A stretch of 64,000 bases of DNA, taken from positions 128,001 through 192,000 of the forward strand of contig CAWBZI010000006.1 in assembly GCA_963793265.1 (NCBI GenBank), read 5' to 3'. This DNA is from an uncultured cyanobacterium. GTDB taxonomy: Bacteria; Cyanobacteriota; Cyanobacteriia; Phormidesmidales; Phormidesmidaceae. This document shows positions 13,262 to 22,051 of this stretch, one piece after another. A program made the translations under genes and the position numbers. A model generated the notes under the pieces. It saw only the letters and a list, made by a program, of their open reading frames with translations. It did no database searches and was not told the origin of the DNA. Each line of letters begins with the position of its first letter. Positions within the stretch are counted from its first letter, which is position 1.

Positions 13262-13371
13262 GAAGATTGATCCTGGAATACTAGCGAGAGTATTCTATCA
13301 ATCCGTGTGGGGGTGATCGCAAATTCGGTAATAATTGTCACGTTGGCGGGAACATCTGTGATGCGAGCGTG

Positions 13372-13430
13372 GGGGTGGCGCGCAGTGACGGGGTGGGTCG
13401 GCCGTGTGAAACCAGCCAACACCCACCCCT
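13372..13430. repeat. REP-like element family B, partial copy / hairpin
   Basis: GGGGTGGCGCGCAGTGACGGGGTGGGTC matches 7806-7833 with one mismatch; GGGGTGGGT pairs with ACCCACCCC just downstream. Confidence 0.6.
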
Positions 13431-13437
13431 GCCGCAA

Positions 13438-15153
13438 TTAAGCTGGCGTGCTCATCTCATCTCCTGTAATAAAGGGATTGCCGTCTGTAACCGGGTTCCA
13501 ATTAGCAAAGGGGTTGCCGCCGCCAAAGCCGCTCATACCGCCACCAGCACCGCCGCCAAAGGGATTTTCACCGCCCATGCCGCCGCCCATGCCGCCGCCC
13601 AGATTGCCAAAGATATCTTCGACGCCATTAACGCCCTCGATATCTAGCAATACGCCGAACGGACTCTGGCGCAACAGACCTTCCAAGTCACCATCGCCCA
13701 TACCAGATCCCGCGTCAGAACCCATATCAGCACCAGGAATAGCACCAGCGCCGCCACCGAAGGGATTACCCCCGCCGCTGCCAACAGGGTTGCCCATGCC
13801 GTCAGTACCATCGCCAATGCCATCACCAAAGTCGATCGGGCCCATCTCAGGCGCGCCGTTAGGTGAGGTTAGTTCATCCATTGAGAACGGCAGATCGATA
13901 GGAACTGAGCTGGCCGCGCCAGTACTGCCTGCAATGTCACCGAAGTTGAAGGCAGAATTGGTCATTGATGGGTTGCTAACAAGGGTTAGGCTGCCGTCTT
14001 CGCCTGTGGCAATGTAGCGATCGCCATTGCCAACAAACGAACCACCGCTCTGGCCAGCAACAAAGTTGTTGCCGCTAATATCGTTGTCGCTGCCGCTTAC
14101 CTGGTTAGCGTTGCCGTTAATCGTGTTGCCATCGCCGGTTGGACGGTTGCCGCTGCCAGTGACAGCGTTGTTGTCGCCCAGATTCCAATTACCGCTGCCT
14201 TCAGTGCTGTTACCTTCGCCAAAGAACCAGTTACCGTTGCCGTCAGACTCATTGCCGTCGCCAAAGAACCAGTTGCCGTTGCCGTTAGCAGTGTTGCCGC
14301 TGCCAGTTGGATTCATGGCTGTATCAGGTAAATCGCCTTCAGGGAGTGGCCCAGACATCATGCCGCCGCTGCCGCCGCCTGAGAAGAAGGGATTGTTGCC
14401 ACCGATGCTATCTAGTGACGGCATTCCTGCGCTATCACCACCACCAAACGGATTACCACCTGCACCGCCACCTGAGAGCTGAGAGATATCAAACGGAATG
14501 CTATCTGAACCCGAGAGCATCCAGTTGCCATTGCCGTTGTCGGTGTTGCCTTCACCAAAGTCTGTACTCATGCCGCTGAACGGGTTGCCGCCACCAGCTC
14601 CGCCACCAAACGGATTACCACCGCCTGCGCCGCCGCCACCGAACGGGTTGCCGCCACCTGCGGGCGCTTCGCCGTCTGCCGACTCACCACCGCCAAAGGG
14701 ATTGCCACCACCGGCTCCGCCGCCGAATGGGTTGCCGCCGCCTGCGCCACCGCCAAACGGATTACCACCGCCTGCGCCGCCACCGCCGAACGGATTGCCG
14801 CCACCTGCGGGTGCTTCGCCGTCTGCTGACTCACCGCCGCCAAAGGGATTACCGCCACCAGCACCACCGCCGAACGGATTACCGCCACCTGCGCCGCCGC
14901 CAAACGGATTACCACCGCCTGCGGGTGCTTCACCGTCTGCTGACTCACCGCCGCCGAACGGGTTGCCGCCACCGGCTCCGCCGCCAAAGGGGTTGCCACC
15001 GAACGGGTTGCCGCCTTCGCCGTCGGCTGCGCCGAAAATATCTTCTAGGCTATCGATGCCAGGTAAACCGATGAGATCGTCAAAAGGAGACGGGCCAGAA
15101 GGTATTCCAGAAGACATATCAGAGGTTTCTGTTGCTGTTGTCGTATCAGCCAT
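13438..15153 (-). CDS. Glycine-rich repeat protein (GGGNPF array plus G-x-x-N heptad repeats), function unknown
   Basis: 571-aa ORF with ATG start; synonymous variation between repeat copies supports coding on this strand. Confidence 0.8.
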   Translation of the reverse strand: MADTTTATETSDMSSGIPSGPSPFDDLIGLPGIDSLEDIFGAADGEGGNPFGGNPFGGGAGGGNPFGGGESADGEAPAGGGNPFGGGAGGGNPFGGGAGGGNPFGGGESADGEAPAGGGNPFGGGGAGGGNPFGGGAGGGNPFGGGAGGGNPFGGGESADGEAPAGGGNPFGGGGAGGGNPFGGGAGGGNPFSGMSTDFGEGNTDNGNGNWMLSGSDSIPFDISQLSGGGAGGNPFGGGDSAGMPSLDSIGGNNPFFSGGGSGGMMSGPLPEGDLPDTAMNPTGSGNTANGNGNWFFGDGNESDGNGNWFFGEGNSTEGSGNWNLGDNNAVTGSGNRPTGDGNTINGNANQVSGSDNDISGNNFVAGQSGGSFVGNGDRYIATGEDGSLTLVSNPSMTNSAFNFGDIAGSTGAASSVPIDLPFSMDELTSPNGAPEMGPIDFGDGIGDGTDGMGNPVGSGGGNPFGGGAGAIPGADMGSDAGSGMGDGDLEGLLRQSPFGVLLDIEGVNGVEDIFGNLGGGMGGGMGGENPFGGGAGGGMSGFGGGNPFANWNPVTDGNPFITGDEMSTPA

Positions 15154-15363
15154 AAAAATTTAGCCTAAATTATTACATTGGACTGTAGTAATTTAGGTCG
15201 GCTGACAGAGAAAGGTAATGAGAAAAGTTTTGATCGCGCTGTTGTTTCTTTCGGAATCTATAGACAACGGTTTGACTGTCTGAAAAGATACAGAACAACA
15301 GCGCAAATTGAGTATGCGTTTGGTGGTATGTTCCAACACGCGATACTAAAGCACAGACATTCT

Positions 15364-16221
15364 CTAAGCACTCAGCCTTTCAGAAGACACTTGAGAGAAG
15401 TCTTGAGAAGGCATCTGAGTAGATTCTTGAGATGCTGAAGGTCTAGAGCGCTGCTCTTTTCTCCAGGCTTGAGGAGACTGGTTATGGTGCTTGCGAAACT
15501 GTCTTGAAAAGTGACAGGCGTGCTGGTAGCCTACCAAAGAAGCCACATCTTCTATTTTGTGGTTACTTTCTTGCAGCAGCTCTCTAGCCGCAAGCATTCG
15601 GCGTTCAACAATCCAACGGTTTACGGTACGGCCCGTGCGATCGCCCACCTGACTGGTCAAATACGCGGGAGAATATCCCACTGCCTGAGCAACTTCTGGC
15701 AAGGTAATCGGCTTATGATAGTTCGCCTCAATAAAATCAAACACTGGCTGAAGCGCCCCGGCTTCTGGGAAAATGGGATGCTTCAGCGCTGCAATGTTTT
15801 GAGCAGGCTCCTCAACACTCGAATATTTAGAGGCATAGCAGCTTTCAAGCCGCTCGCGCTTCTGGATTTGCGCGGTGATTGCCCTCAGTACTTCTGGCAT
15901 AGAAGACGGCTTAGTGAGATAGTCGTCTACGCCGAGCTGCATTCCACGGCGAATCTCTTCAGAAGATCGCTTAGCCGTTAAGAAAACAACTGGAATTAAG
16001 GCAGTCGAAGGCTCTTTTCTCAGCGCAGAAAGCACGCTGTAGCCGTCCATTGCCGGCATCATAATGTCGCAGACAACCAGGCTGGGCAAATGCTGCTGAG
16101 CAAGCTGAATGCCCATAGCTCCATTAGCTGCGCCAATTGCCTCAAACCCTTCTGCACCTAAGCAGTCTATAAAAATCTCTCTTGTTGAGGTTTCGTCGTC
16201 GATAACTAAAACTTGCTTCAT
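15364..16221 (-). CDS. Response regulator, REC + AraC HTH; likely scytonemin-cluster regulator
   Basis: VIDDE, CDIMMP and FLTAK receiver motifs; FIEANY..VGYSPAYL..FSRQFRK AraC HTH; same architecture as the regulator beside scy genes in Nostoc punctiforme. Confidence 0.88.
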   Translation of the reverse strand: MKQVLVIDDETSTREIFIDCLGAEGFEAIGAANGAMGIQLAQQHLPSLVVCDIMMPAMDGYSVLSALRKEPSTALIPVVFLTAKRSSEEIRRGMQLGVDDYLTKPSSMPEVLRAITAQIQKRERLESCYASKYSSVEEPAQNIAALKHPIFPEAGALQPVFDFIEANYHKPITLPEVAQAVGYSPAYLTSQVGDRTGRTVNRWIVERRMLAARELLQESNHKIEDVASLVGYQHACHFSRQFRKHHNQSPQAWRKEQRSRPSASQESTQMPSQDFSQVSSERLSA

Positions 16222-16353
16222 GTTTTTTACAAAAATAATGTAGTGCGTACCTAAAATCTGACTGTTTATCTGCTCGCTGTATTTGCTGACTATAATTGTC
16301 TGTCAGCAGTCCGCCTGGTTGTCACAAAACTTGCTGGTTACAAAACTTGTTGG

Positions 16354-17829
16354 CTAGGGAACGGGTAAGATGGGCGATCGCATCACTGGCAAAACCACCT
16401 TTATCCGAGTGCCCTCACCCAGCTCGCTAAAGAGCTTTACCTGCCCGCAAAGCGCCTCCGAAAGCGCCTTAACTAGCGTAAGACCGATGCCAATACCTTC
16501 GACATCACCTATGTTACTGCCCCGATAAAAGGGCTCGAACACATGCTCTCGCTCTGCGGGTAAAACGCCAATACCAGTATCGTGCACCTGCAAAGTCATA
16601 CTATCTTCTGCTTCGATTAAGATTACTTTAACTAGGCTTGAGCTAGAGTATTGACTAGCATTCTCTAATAGCTGTATTAGGATTGCTTTCAACAGGCTTT
16701 CGTATACATAGTTAGCATCAGCACTAACTGCGCCCGACAAAGCTACATTTAAAGAAGTTGCATTTAAGGCAACAAAGGTGTGTTGTTTATAAGCGGTCTT
16801 AAAATTTTCTACCAGATCGCAGCAAACTTTATATGGGTCTATGGTTGTAATTTTGTCGGCAGATAGCGGGTCTTTATAGGCCGACAAGCCTCGCCCTTCG
16901 ACCATGCCGATTTGAGCAATCTCTTCTAACCGACTAATGCATTTATTTATCTGGTTAAAGGCGGCCTTAACCTGGCCGAGATACTTTTTCTTTCGGCTTT
17001 CGCTCCACTGACCGTAGTATCTTTCGATTAAACCAGAGGTCATCGAAACCACGTTTAGCGAGCTAAGGGAGCGGTGAATAATTTGAGCCGTGAGCTGGAG
17101 CTTTTTCTGGGTGATCGCCTCGGTCGATACCATCTGCTGATACAGATAGTCACGCTGGTACTTAAGCCTAACAGCATCAGATTCAAGCGTTACCACCGAA
17201 GGGCTAGACGCCACTTTTGGCTCAGCCGTATCTTTCGACTCAATATATCCCCACAGCCTGCCAGCTACTTTTCCATCGATATGAAGTGACTGAAATCCCT
17301 GCTCAAACACACGACCGTCAGCTAGCCTCACGGCCGTTACTCCGGCTGCTAGTGGCTGAGCGGCTATCTGCTCTACGCATTTGTAAAAGCCTTTTGGACT
17401 ATTCACTCGGGTTTTAAAACAGTCAACATAATCGCTGAACTGACGGGTGGATAAAACAGAATGAGGAAGCTGCCACAGGGTTACGATCGCCGGATTGAAA
17501 TATTCAACTTGTCCCGACAGGCTGACTGCAATCAGGCCAACCTGTGTCATGTGAATGGCGCGATGAACAGCCGCCTTATCAACAGAAGAGACTCTAAAGA
17601 GCGTTAGGTTATCTTCTGTTTCGGCCTCTAAGATTTGTCTTTTATTTTGGCAATATTGTCTTTTTTTACTGAAGTTTTCTAGATAGTTGTTTTTTTGAAC
17701 AAAATGTTCTAATGGTGAACTTTCCTCCTGCAGTAAATAACTGACTAGCTGAAACGTTTGCTCAAACTGCCAGAAGTCTGCAAGTTCTCTCCGTTGTTGG
17801 ATAATCACGCTATGCTTTGGGCAATGCAA
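16354..17829 (-). CDS. PAS-domain sensor histidine kinase with atypical H-box; likely scytonemin-associated
   Basis: PAS-like GLIAVSLSGQVEYFN..LWQLP; HATPase boxes LLENASQYS, DTGIG, FEPFYRG, GIGIGL; true start probably downstream of ORF start. Confidence 0.8.
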   Translation of the reverse strand: MHCPKHSVIIQQRRELADFWQFEQTFQLVSYLLQEESSPLEHFVQKNNYLENFSKKRQYCQNKRQILEAETEDNLTLFRVSSVDKAAVHRAIHMTQVGLIAVSLSGQVEYFNPAIVTLWQLPHSVLSTRQFSDYVDCFKTRVNSPKGFYKCVEQIAAQPLAAGVTAVRLADGRVFEQGFQSLHIDGKVAGRLWGYIESKDTAEPKVASSPSVVTLESDAVRLKYQRDYLYQQMVSTEAITQKKLQLTAQIIHRSLSSLNVVSMTSGLIERYYGQWSESRKKKYLGQVKAAFNQINKCISRLEEIAQIGMVEGRGLSAYKDPLSADKITTIDPYKVCCDLVENFKTAYKQHTFVALNATSLNVALSGAVSADANYVYESLLKAILIQLLENASQYSSSSLVKVILIEAEDSMTLQVHDTGIGVLPAEREHVFEPFYRGSNIGDVEGIGIGLTLVKALSEALCGQVKLFSELGEGTRIKVVLPVMRSPILPVP

Positions 17830-18283
17830 CCGACATTAAATAGCTGGGCTCGTAAAAAGCCCATAGTATGTTCAAAGTTCAAAATTTACCAGTCACTTCT
17901 TATGTATTTTGTTGTGCGTTTTGTGGCTGCTCAAGTGTCAGCAACAACTCGAGATTGCTGAAAACAGGAGCGTATGGAGCGAAATCTTGTTCGCTATAGC
18001 CTTAAACTTATAGGGAGCCGTGGCGTCTAGAGAAAATGCTTAAACCGACGATTTTTTTATTGCCACCTAGTCCCTACACCACTGCTTTCAAATATCCGTT
18101 GCCTATAGCTATCAACGGATAAACTCAATGATGTCAAATGTAAATTTATATTATGCAAATATCATAAAGTAGATTCAGCTAGATTGCACGTTCGTTTCAT
18201 TACATCTTTATGTTGTCTTCAGCAGAATATTAGCTGTGGCCTACCAAACCCAGTAATTTTACGAACTTTGCTTTTCCGCAAAT

Positions 18284-19372
18284 TCACTGTTGAGCGCGTA
18301 AAAACACGCTTAAGCTCTCGATAACGTAGTTACTTTCACTTAGCGCTCTATTATTTTCTGATGCAAACGTGCTACTGGCCGCTTCAAAAACTTCTTGTAG
18401 GGCCGCTGTTTGTCCGGCTGCGACTAAGCGAGCGAGGTGGCCGTAGGTTTGGGCTAGGCGAGTGATCGTGTCGCGGCAGTCGCCGCTATTGAGCATAATT
18501 TCTAGGCAAAGCGTTGGCTTTTGGCCCAGCAAACGGCTGACCTGGTTGAGCATGAGCCGGTAGAGGGGGCTCGCTAGCGCTAAAGACTGTGCAATATCAG
18601 ACTTTTCTTGCGAGAGGAAAACGCCTACGCCCAACGCCGAGAAGTACCGCATGGCCTGAACCGTAGCCATCGTTGTATCGTGGTCGTCAGGGCTGCAACT
18701 GCTTAGGCAAGCGCCACTGGCACTCATCAAATCGAGCAGCCAGCTAAAAGCATTTGGGTAGCGGCCCTGGCACACCACCACATTTTGAGACAAAAAGGAC
18801 TGGGTACCAGGGCCAAACATAGGATGCAGGCCCAGTACCGGGCCCACATGATAGCTGAGCATCGCCGCAACCTCTGAGGATTTAGTGCTGGTAAGATCAG
18901 CGATCGCACACCCCGGAGACAGGTACCTAACAGCCCGCCTTACCACCATTTCTACCTGCGCAGTCGGCACACAAATCAGCACCAAATCTACATTTGTCAA
19001 TAGCTGCTCGGCCTGAGCCCAGTCCTGACGGCCTAATGTGCTGACGAAGTGCCCGGCCTGAATAAGCTGCCGGGCAAAGAACTGTCCCATTTGACCACTG
19101 CCACCGATCAAAGTGATCTTTTTAGGCCGCGTTTGGCTGGGCGTTTGGCCGGGCGTGCGGGCAGCAGCCATACATGATGTATGGAGAGAACGCCATACGA
19201 AGTCAGGGACACTAGCGCCTGCAAGAATCTGTTCGGGCGGAGTTTCGACAGATAGAGACGGATTTTGTGCCAAAAGAGAGATGCGATCGCCTAATAGCTG
19301 AACCAGCTTGTCGTCAATTTCTTGCAGTTGACTGATTGTTTGAATTTGGGCGGGTAGTTGAGTAGAGTGCAC
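18284..19372 (-). CDS. tyrA: Chorismate mutase/prephenate dehydrogenase (T-protein type)
   Basis: N-terminal IDDKLVQLLGDR CM-like helix, IGGSGQMG Rossmann motif, DLTSTK, GLHPMFGP. Confidence 0.88.
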   Translation of the reverse strand: MHSTQLPAQIQTISQLQEIDDKLVQLLGDRISLLAQNPSLSVETPPEQILAGASVPDFVWRSLHTSCMAAARTPGQTPSQTRPKKITLIGGSGQMGQFFARQLIQAGHFVSTLGRQDWAQAEQLLTNVDLVLICVPTAQVEMVVRRAVRYLSPGCAIADLTSTKSSEVAAMLSYHVGPVLGLHPMFGPGTQSFLSQNVVVCQGRYPNAFSWLLDLMSASGACLSSCSPDDHDTTMATVQAMRYFSALGVGVFLSQEKSDIAQSLALASPLYRLMLNQVSRLLGQKPTLCLEIMLNSGDCRDTITRLAQTYGHLARLVAAGQTAALQEVFEAASSTFASENNRALSESNYVIESLSVFLRAQQ

Positions 19373-19395
19373 AGAAATTCCATCCTCACAGATTC

Positions 19396-20817
19396 TTATT
19401 TATAGGCAGGCGTCTTAAGGGTTTTGGACACTGAGGGCGTTTGTAAATGGTTAAGCAGCACTTGAAAAACGTCGGTGGCCTGAAGGGGCCAACTTGCGTC
19501 CTGCGCTGCGAGCAAATTAGAACGTGTCATCAGCAGCGGCCAGTCTTTTTGACTCGCAGGCCGATGACCATGAGAACCCTTGACCAAATCAGCTTCTAAA
19601 GGAATCACATCCATTAGATACCGAAAGCCCAACTGCTTTTGCAGCAGCTTTTTTGCAATCTTCAGCTTCGGCTGCTTCAGGGCCGGGTCAACAAAAAGCT
19701 CTACCGGGTCATAGCCAGGCTTGCGGTGAATATCAACCGTACGGGCAAAGTCGGGCGCTTTGCTATTCTCTTGCCAGTAGTAGTAGGTAAACCAGGCGTC
19801 AGGAGCGGCGATCGCCACCAGTTCTCCAGCGCGTGAATGGTCAAGCCCATGTTCTCTTTTACCGGCCTCGTCTAGCACTTGTGCCACGCCAGGAGTTGCC
19901 TCAAGCAGCCGACGCACCTCATCCACTCGCCCCTCATCTTTTACATACACATGCGCAAGCTGATGATCAGCCACCGCAAACGCCTGACTCATCCCCGCAT
20001 CTAGCAGCTCACGCCCCAGCTCCTCACGAATGCTAATTAATCCGGCATCACGCAGCACCCGGTTGAGATGCACTGGTTGAGAAACGGGCGTAATGCCGTA
20101 TTCAGAAAGCACAATCACCTGCGCGCCTTTGGCCTCGTAGTAGTCGATCAAATCGCCACAGACCGCATCAATCTCGCCTAAATCCGCGGCGATTTGCTCG
20201 GGCTCACAGCCGACTTTTTGCAGGCAATAGTCCAGGTGCGGTAGGTAAATGAGCGTCAGGGTGGGCGAATGCAGGGCTTCTACCTGCTTGGCCGCATCAG
20301 CAATCCACTGGCTAGATTCGACTGAGGTCGCAGGCCCCCAGAATTTGAAGAGCGGGAACTGGCCGAGGTTGGTTTGGAGGTGCGATCGCAGCTCGGCAGG
20401 CTGCGTGTAAATATCAGGCAGTTTGCGGCCATCGGCAGGATACATGGGCCGAGGCGTGACAGTGTAGTCGGCTGAGGAGTACATGTTGTACCACCAAAAC
20501 AGATTCGCGCAGGTAAAGGTAGGGTCGAGCTTTTTAGCCGCGTCCCAAATTTTAGGAGCCTGCACCAGTGCGTTAGACTGTCGCCAAAATTTGACCTCGC
20601 ACTCATCACGGAAGTACCAGCCATTGGCAACAATGCCGTGTTCGCTAGGCGATTTGCCCGTGAGGTAGGTGGACTGGGCCGTGCAGGTGACAGCCGGGAG
20701 AGCTGGGGCGATCGCGCTTTGATGGGCCTGATTTCGCCACTTCAAGAGCGCGGGGGTGTGCGGGCCGATCAGGCGATCGGTGAGGCCGACCACGTTAATG
20801 ACAACTGTTTTTTGCAT
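19396..20817 (-). CDS. eboF: EboF, alkaline phosphatase/nucleotide pyrophosphatase family
   Basis: VVINVVGL, PAVTCTAQSTYLTG, HGIVANGWY, DIHRKPGYDPVELF, KGSHG; position in ebo cluster. Confidence 0.9.
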   Translation of the reverse strand: MQKTVVINVVGLTDRLIGPHTPALLKWRNQAHQSAIAPALPAVTCTAQSTYLTGKSPSEHGIVANGWYFRDECEVKFWRQSNALVQAPKIWDAAKKLDPTFTCANLFWWYNMYSSADYTVTPRPMYPADGRKLPDIYTQPAELRSHLQTNLGQFPLFKFWGPATSVESSQWIADAAKQVEALHSPTLTLIYLPHLDYCLQKVGCEPEQIAADLGEIDAVCGDLIDYYEAKGAQVIVLSEYGITPVSQPVHLNRVLRDAGLISIREELGRELLDAGMSQAFAVADHQLAHVYVKDEGRVDEVRRLLEATPGVAQVLDEAGKREHGLDHSRAGELVAIAAPDAWFTYYYWQENSKAPDFARTVDIHRKPGYDPVELFVDPALKQPKLKIAKKLLQKQLGFRYLMDVIPLEADLVKGSHGHRPASQKDWPLLMTRSNLLAAQDASWPLQATDVFQVLLNHLQTPSVSKTLKTPAYK

Positions 20818-22051
20818 AGGGTTTGGATGTGAAAGGGGATAAGGTCTTCAAAACCCACTCATATTCGCGCTGAATAGAATTCTGTACGGTCATTTGCAAA
20901 TGGCTCGGCAGCACGTCCCAGGTGTAGGTTTCAATTTCGAGATGACGGCACTTAAGCGTCGGCAGTCGGTTCAAAATTGCTTCGAGATGAGCGCGCGTCG
21001 ATTGAACAGACTGATAGTCGTCTAAGAAGATAGGCACGTGGAAGTGCGTACGCCACTCTTCGGCCTGAGTGCTGTCGAGGTCTACGAGGGCTTCTTTTAA
21101 ATCGCGATATTGCTGGCGCTTACCGTTGGCGTGGCGCGCAACAACCTGATGCAGGTAGGTGGATTCAACAAAAGGAGAGAGGCGATCGCCCACAGCCCGT
21201 CGCCCAGCCGCATCAGCCGGGATAGCCACCTTTAGCGCCGAGCTAAGCTGAAGCTTGCCGATTTGAATTCCTGAAAACAAAAAGCGGTCAATCGCCTCAT
21301 TCGGATCTTCATAGGCCACCGCAAAATGACAGGTGTCATAGCAAACCTGCACGTGTGTTCTCAGCCAGTCCTCTGCTACGGCCTTAGATAAACCGCGCTC
21401 TGAGCTGAGCTGAGCGATCCCAACCGGCAGCAGCCACTGCTCAAAGAAATTAATCAGCTCCGTCGTATTCTCAATCAAACCATCCGGCTCAGGCTCAATA
21501 TCTAAATGCAGCACCTTACCCGTTTGTAGGGCAACATCCGCCATCGCCGCCACCACCTGAACAATCTGACGAGTGCTTTGTTCAAACACACTATCAAATG
21601 TATTTTGAGTACCCCCCTGCCACCACGGTTTATAAGACAGCGGCAGGGTAGAGATACCACCGTCCATATCAGGCGGTAGAAGTGCCGCTAAAATCTCCAC
21701 CAGCCGCAGGGTGTAATGCAGCCGCTTTGGTTGAGTCCAGTCAGGCGCATACACTTTATCTTTTACAACCTGATTGTGGAAGCCGCCGTAAGGGAAGCCA
21801 TTCAGCGTAAAAACATAGAGGTCTTGTGCTTGTAGCCAGCGCTGAAAAGATAACAGCGCATCGCCTTGCAACAGTTCGCGGCTCGCGGCATCTGATAGGC
21901 GTAGGCCAATACCAAATGCTTGATTGGGAAAGAGATTATGCTTAAGCGCGGTGACGTGAGTGGCTAGATTGTCAAATACGGCTGGCCAGCTTTCGCCAGG
22001 GTGGATGTTGGTGCAGTAGGTGAGATGGGTTGGGGATGAGGAGAGTTTCAT
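20795..22051 (-). CDS. eboE: EboE, xylose-isomerase-like TIM-barrel protein
   Basis: HLTYCTNIHPGESW, FTLNGFPYGGFH, EPEPDG, WRTHFHVP, HLEIETYTW. Confidence 0.92.
   Translation of the reverse strand: MKLSSSPTHLTYCTNIHPGESWPAVFDNLATHVTALKHNLFPNQAFGIGLRLSDAASRELLQGDALLSFQRWLQAQDLYVFTLNGFPYGGFHNQVVKDKVYAPDWTQPKRLHYTLRLVEILAALLPPDMDGGISTLPLSYKPWWQGGTQNTFDSVFEQSTRQIVQVVAAMADVALQTGKVLHLDIEPEPDGLIENTTELINFFEQWLLPVGIAQLSSERGLSKAVAEDWLRTHVQVCYDTCHFAVAYEDPNEAIDRFLFSGIQIGKLQLSSALKVAIPADAAGRRAVGDRLSPFVESTYLHQVVARHANGKRQQYRDLKEALVDLDSTQAEEWRTHFHVPIFLDDYQSVQSTRAHLEAILNRLPTLKCRHLEIETYTWDVLPSHLQMTVQNSIQREYEWVLKTLSPFTSKPYAKNSCH

Noticed and set aside
14575..15015. Tandem DNA repeats as a possible CRISPR array
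   Set aside because: In-frame coding repeats with synonymous variation, no unique spacers and no cas genes
13448..15163. Long Pro-rich + strand ORFs (13448-14017, 14027-14482, 14498-15163)
   Set aside because: Antisense shadows of the Gly-rich gene; Gly codons read as Pro on the opposite strand and few stops arise
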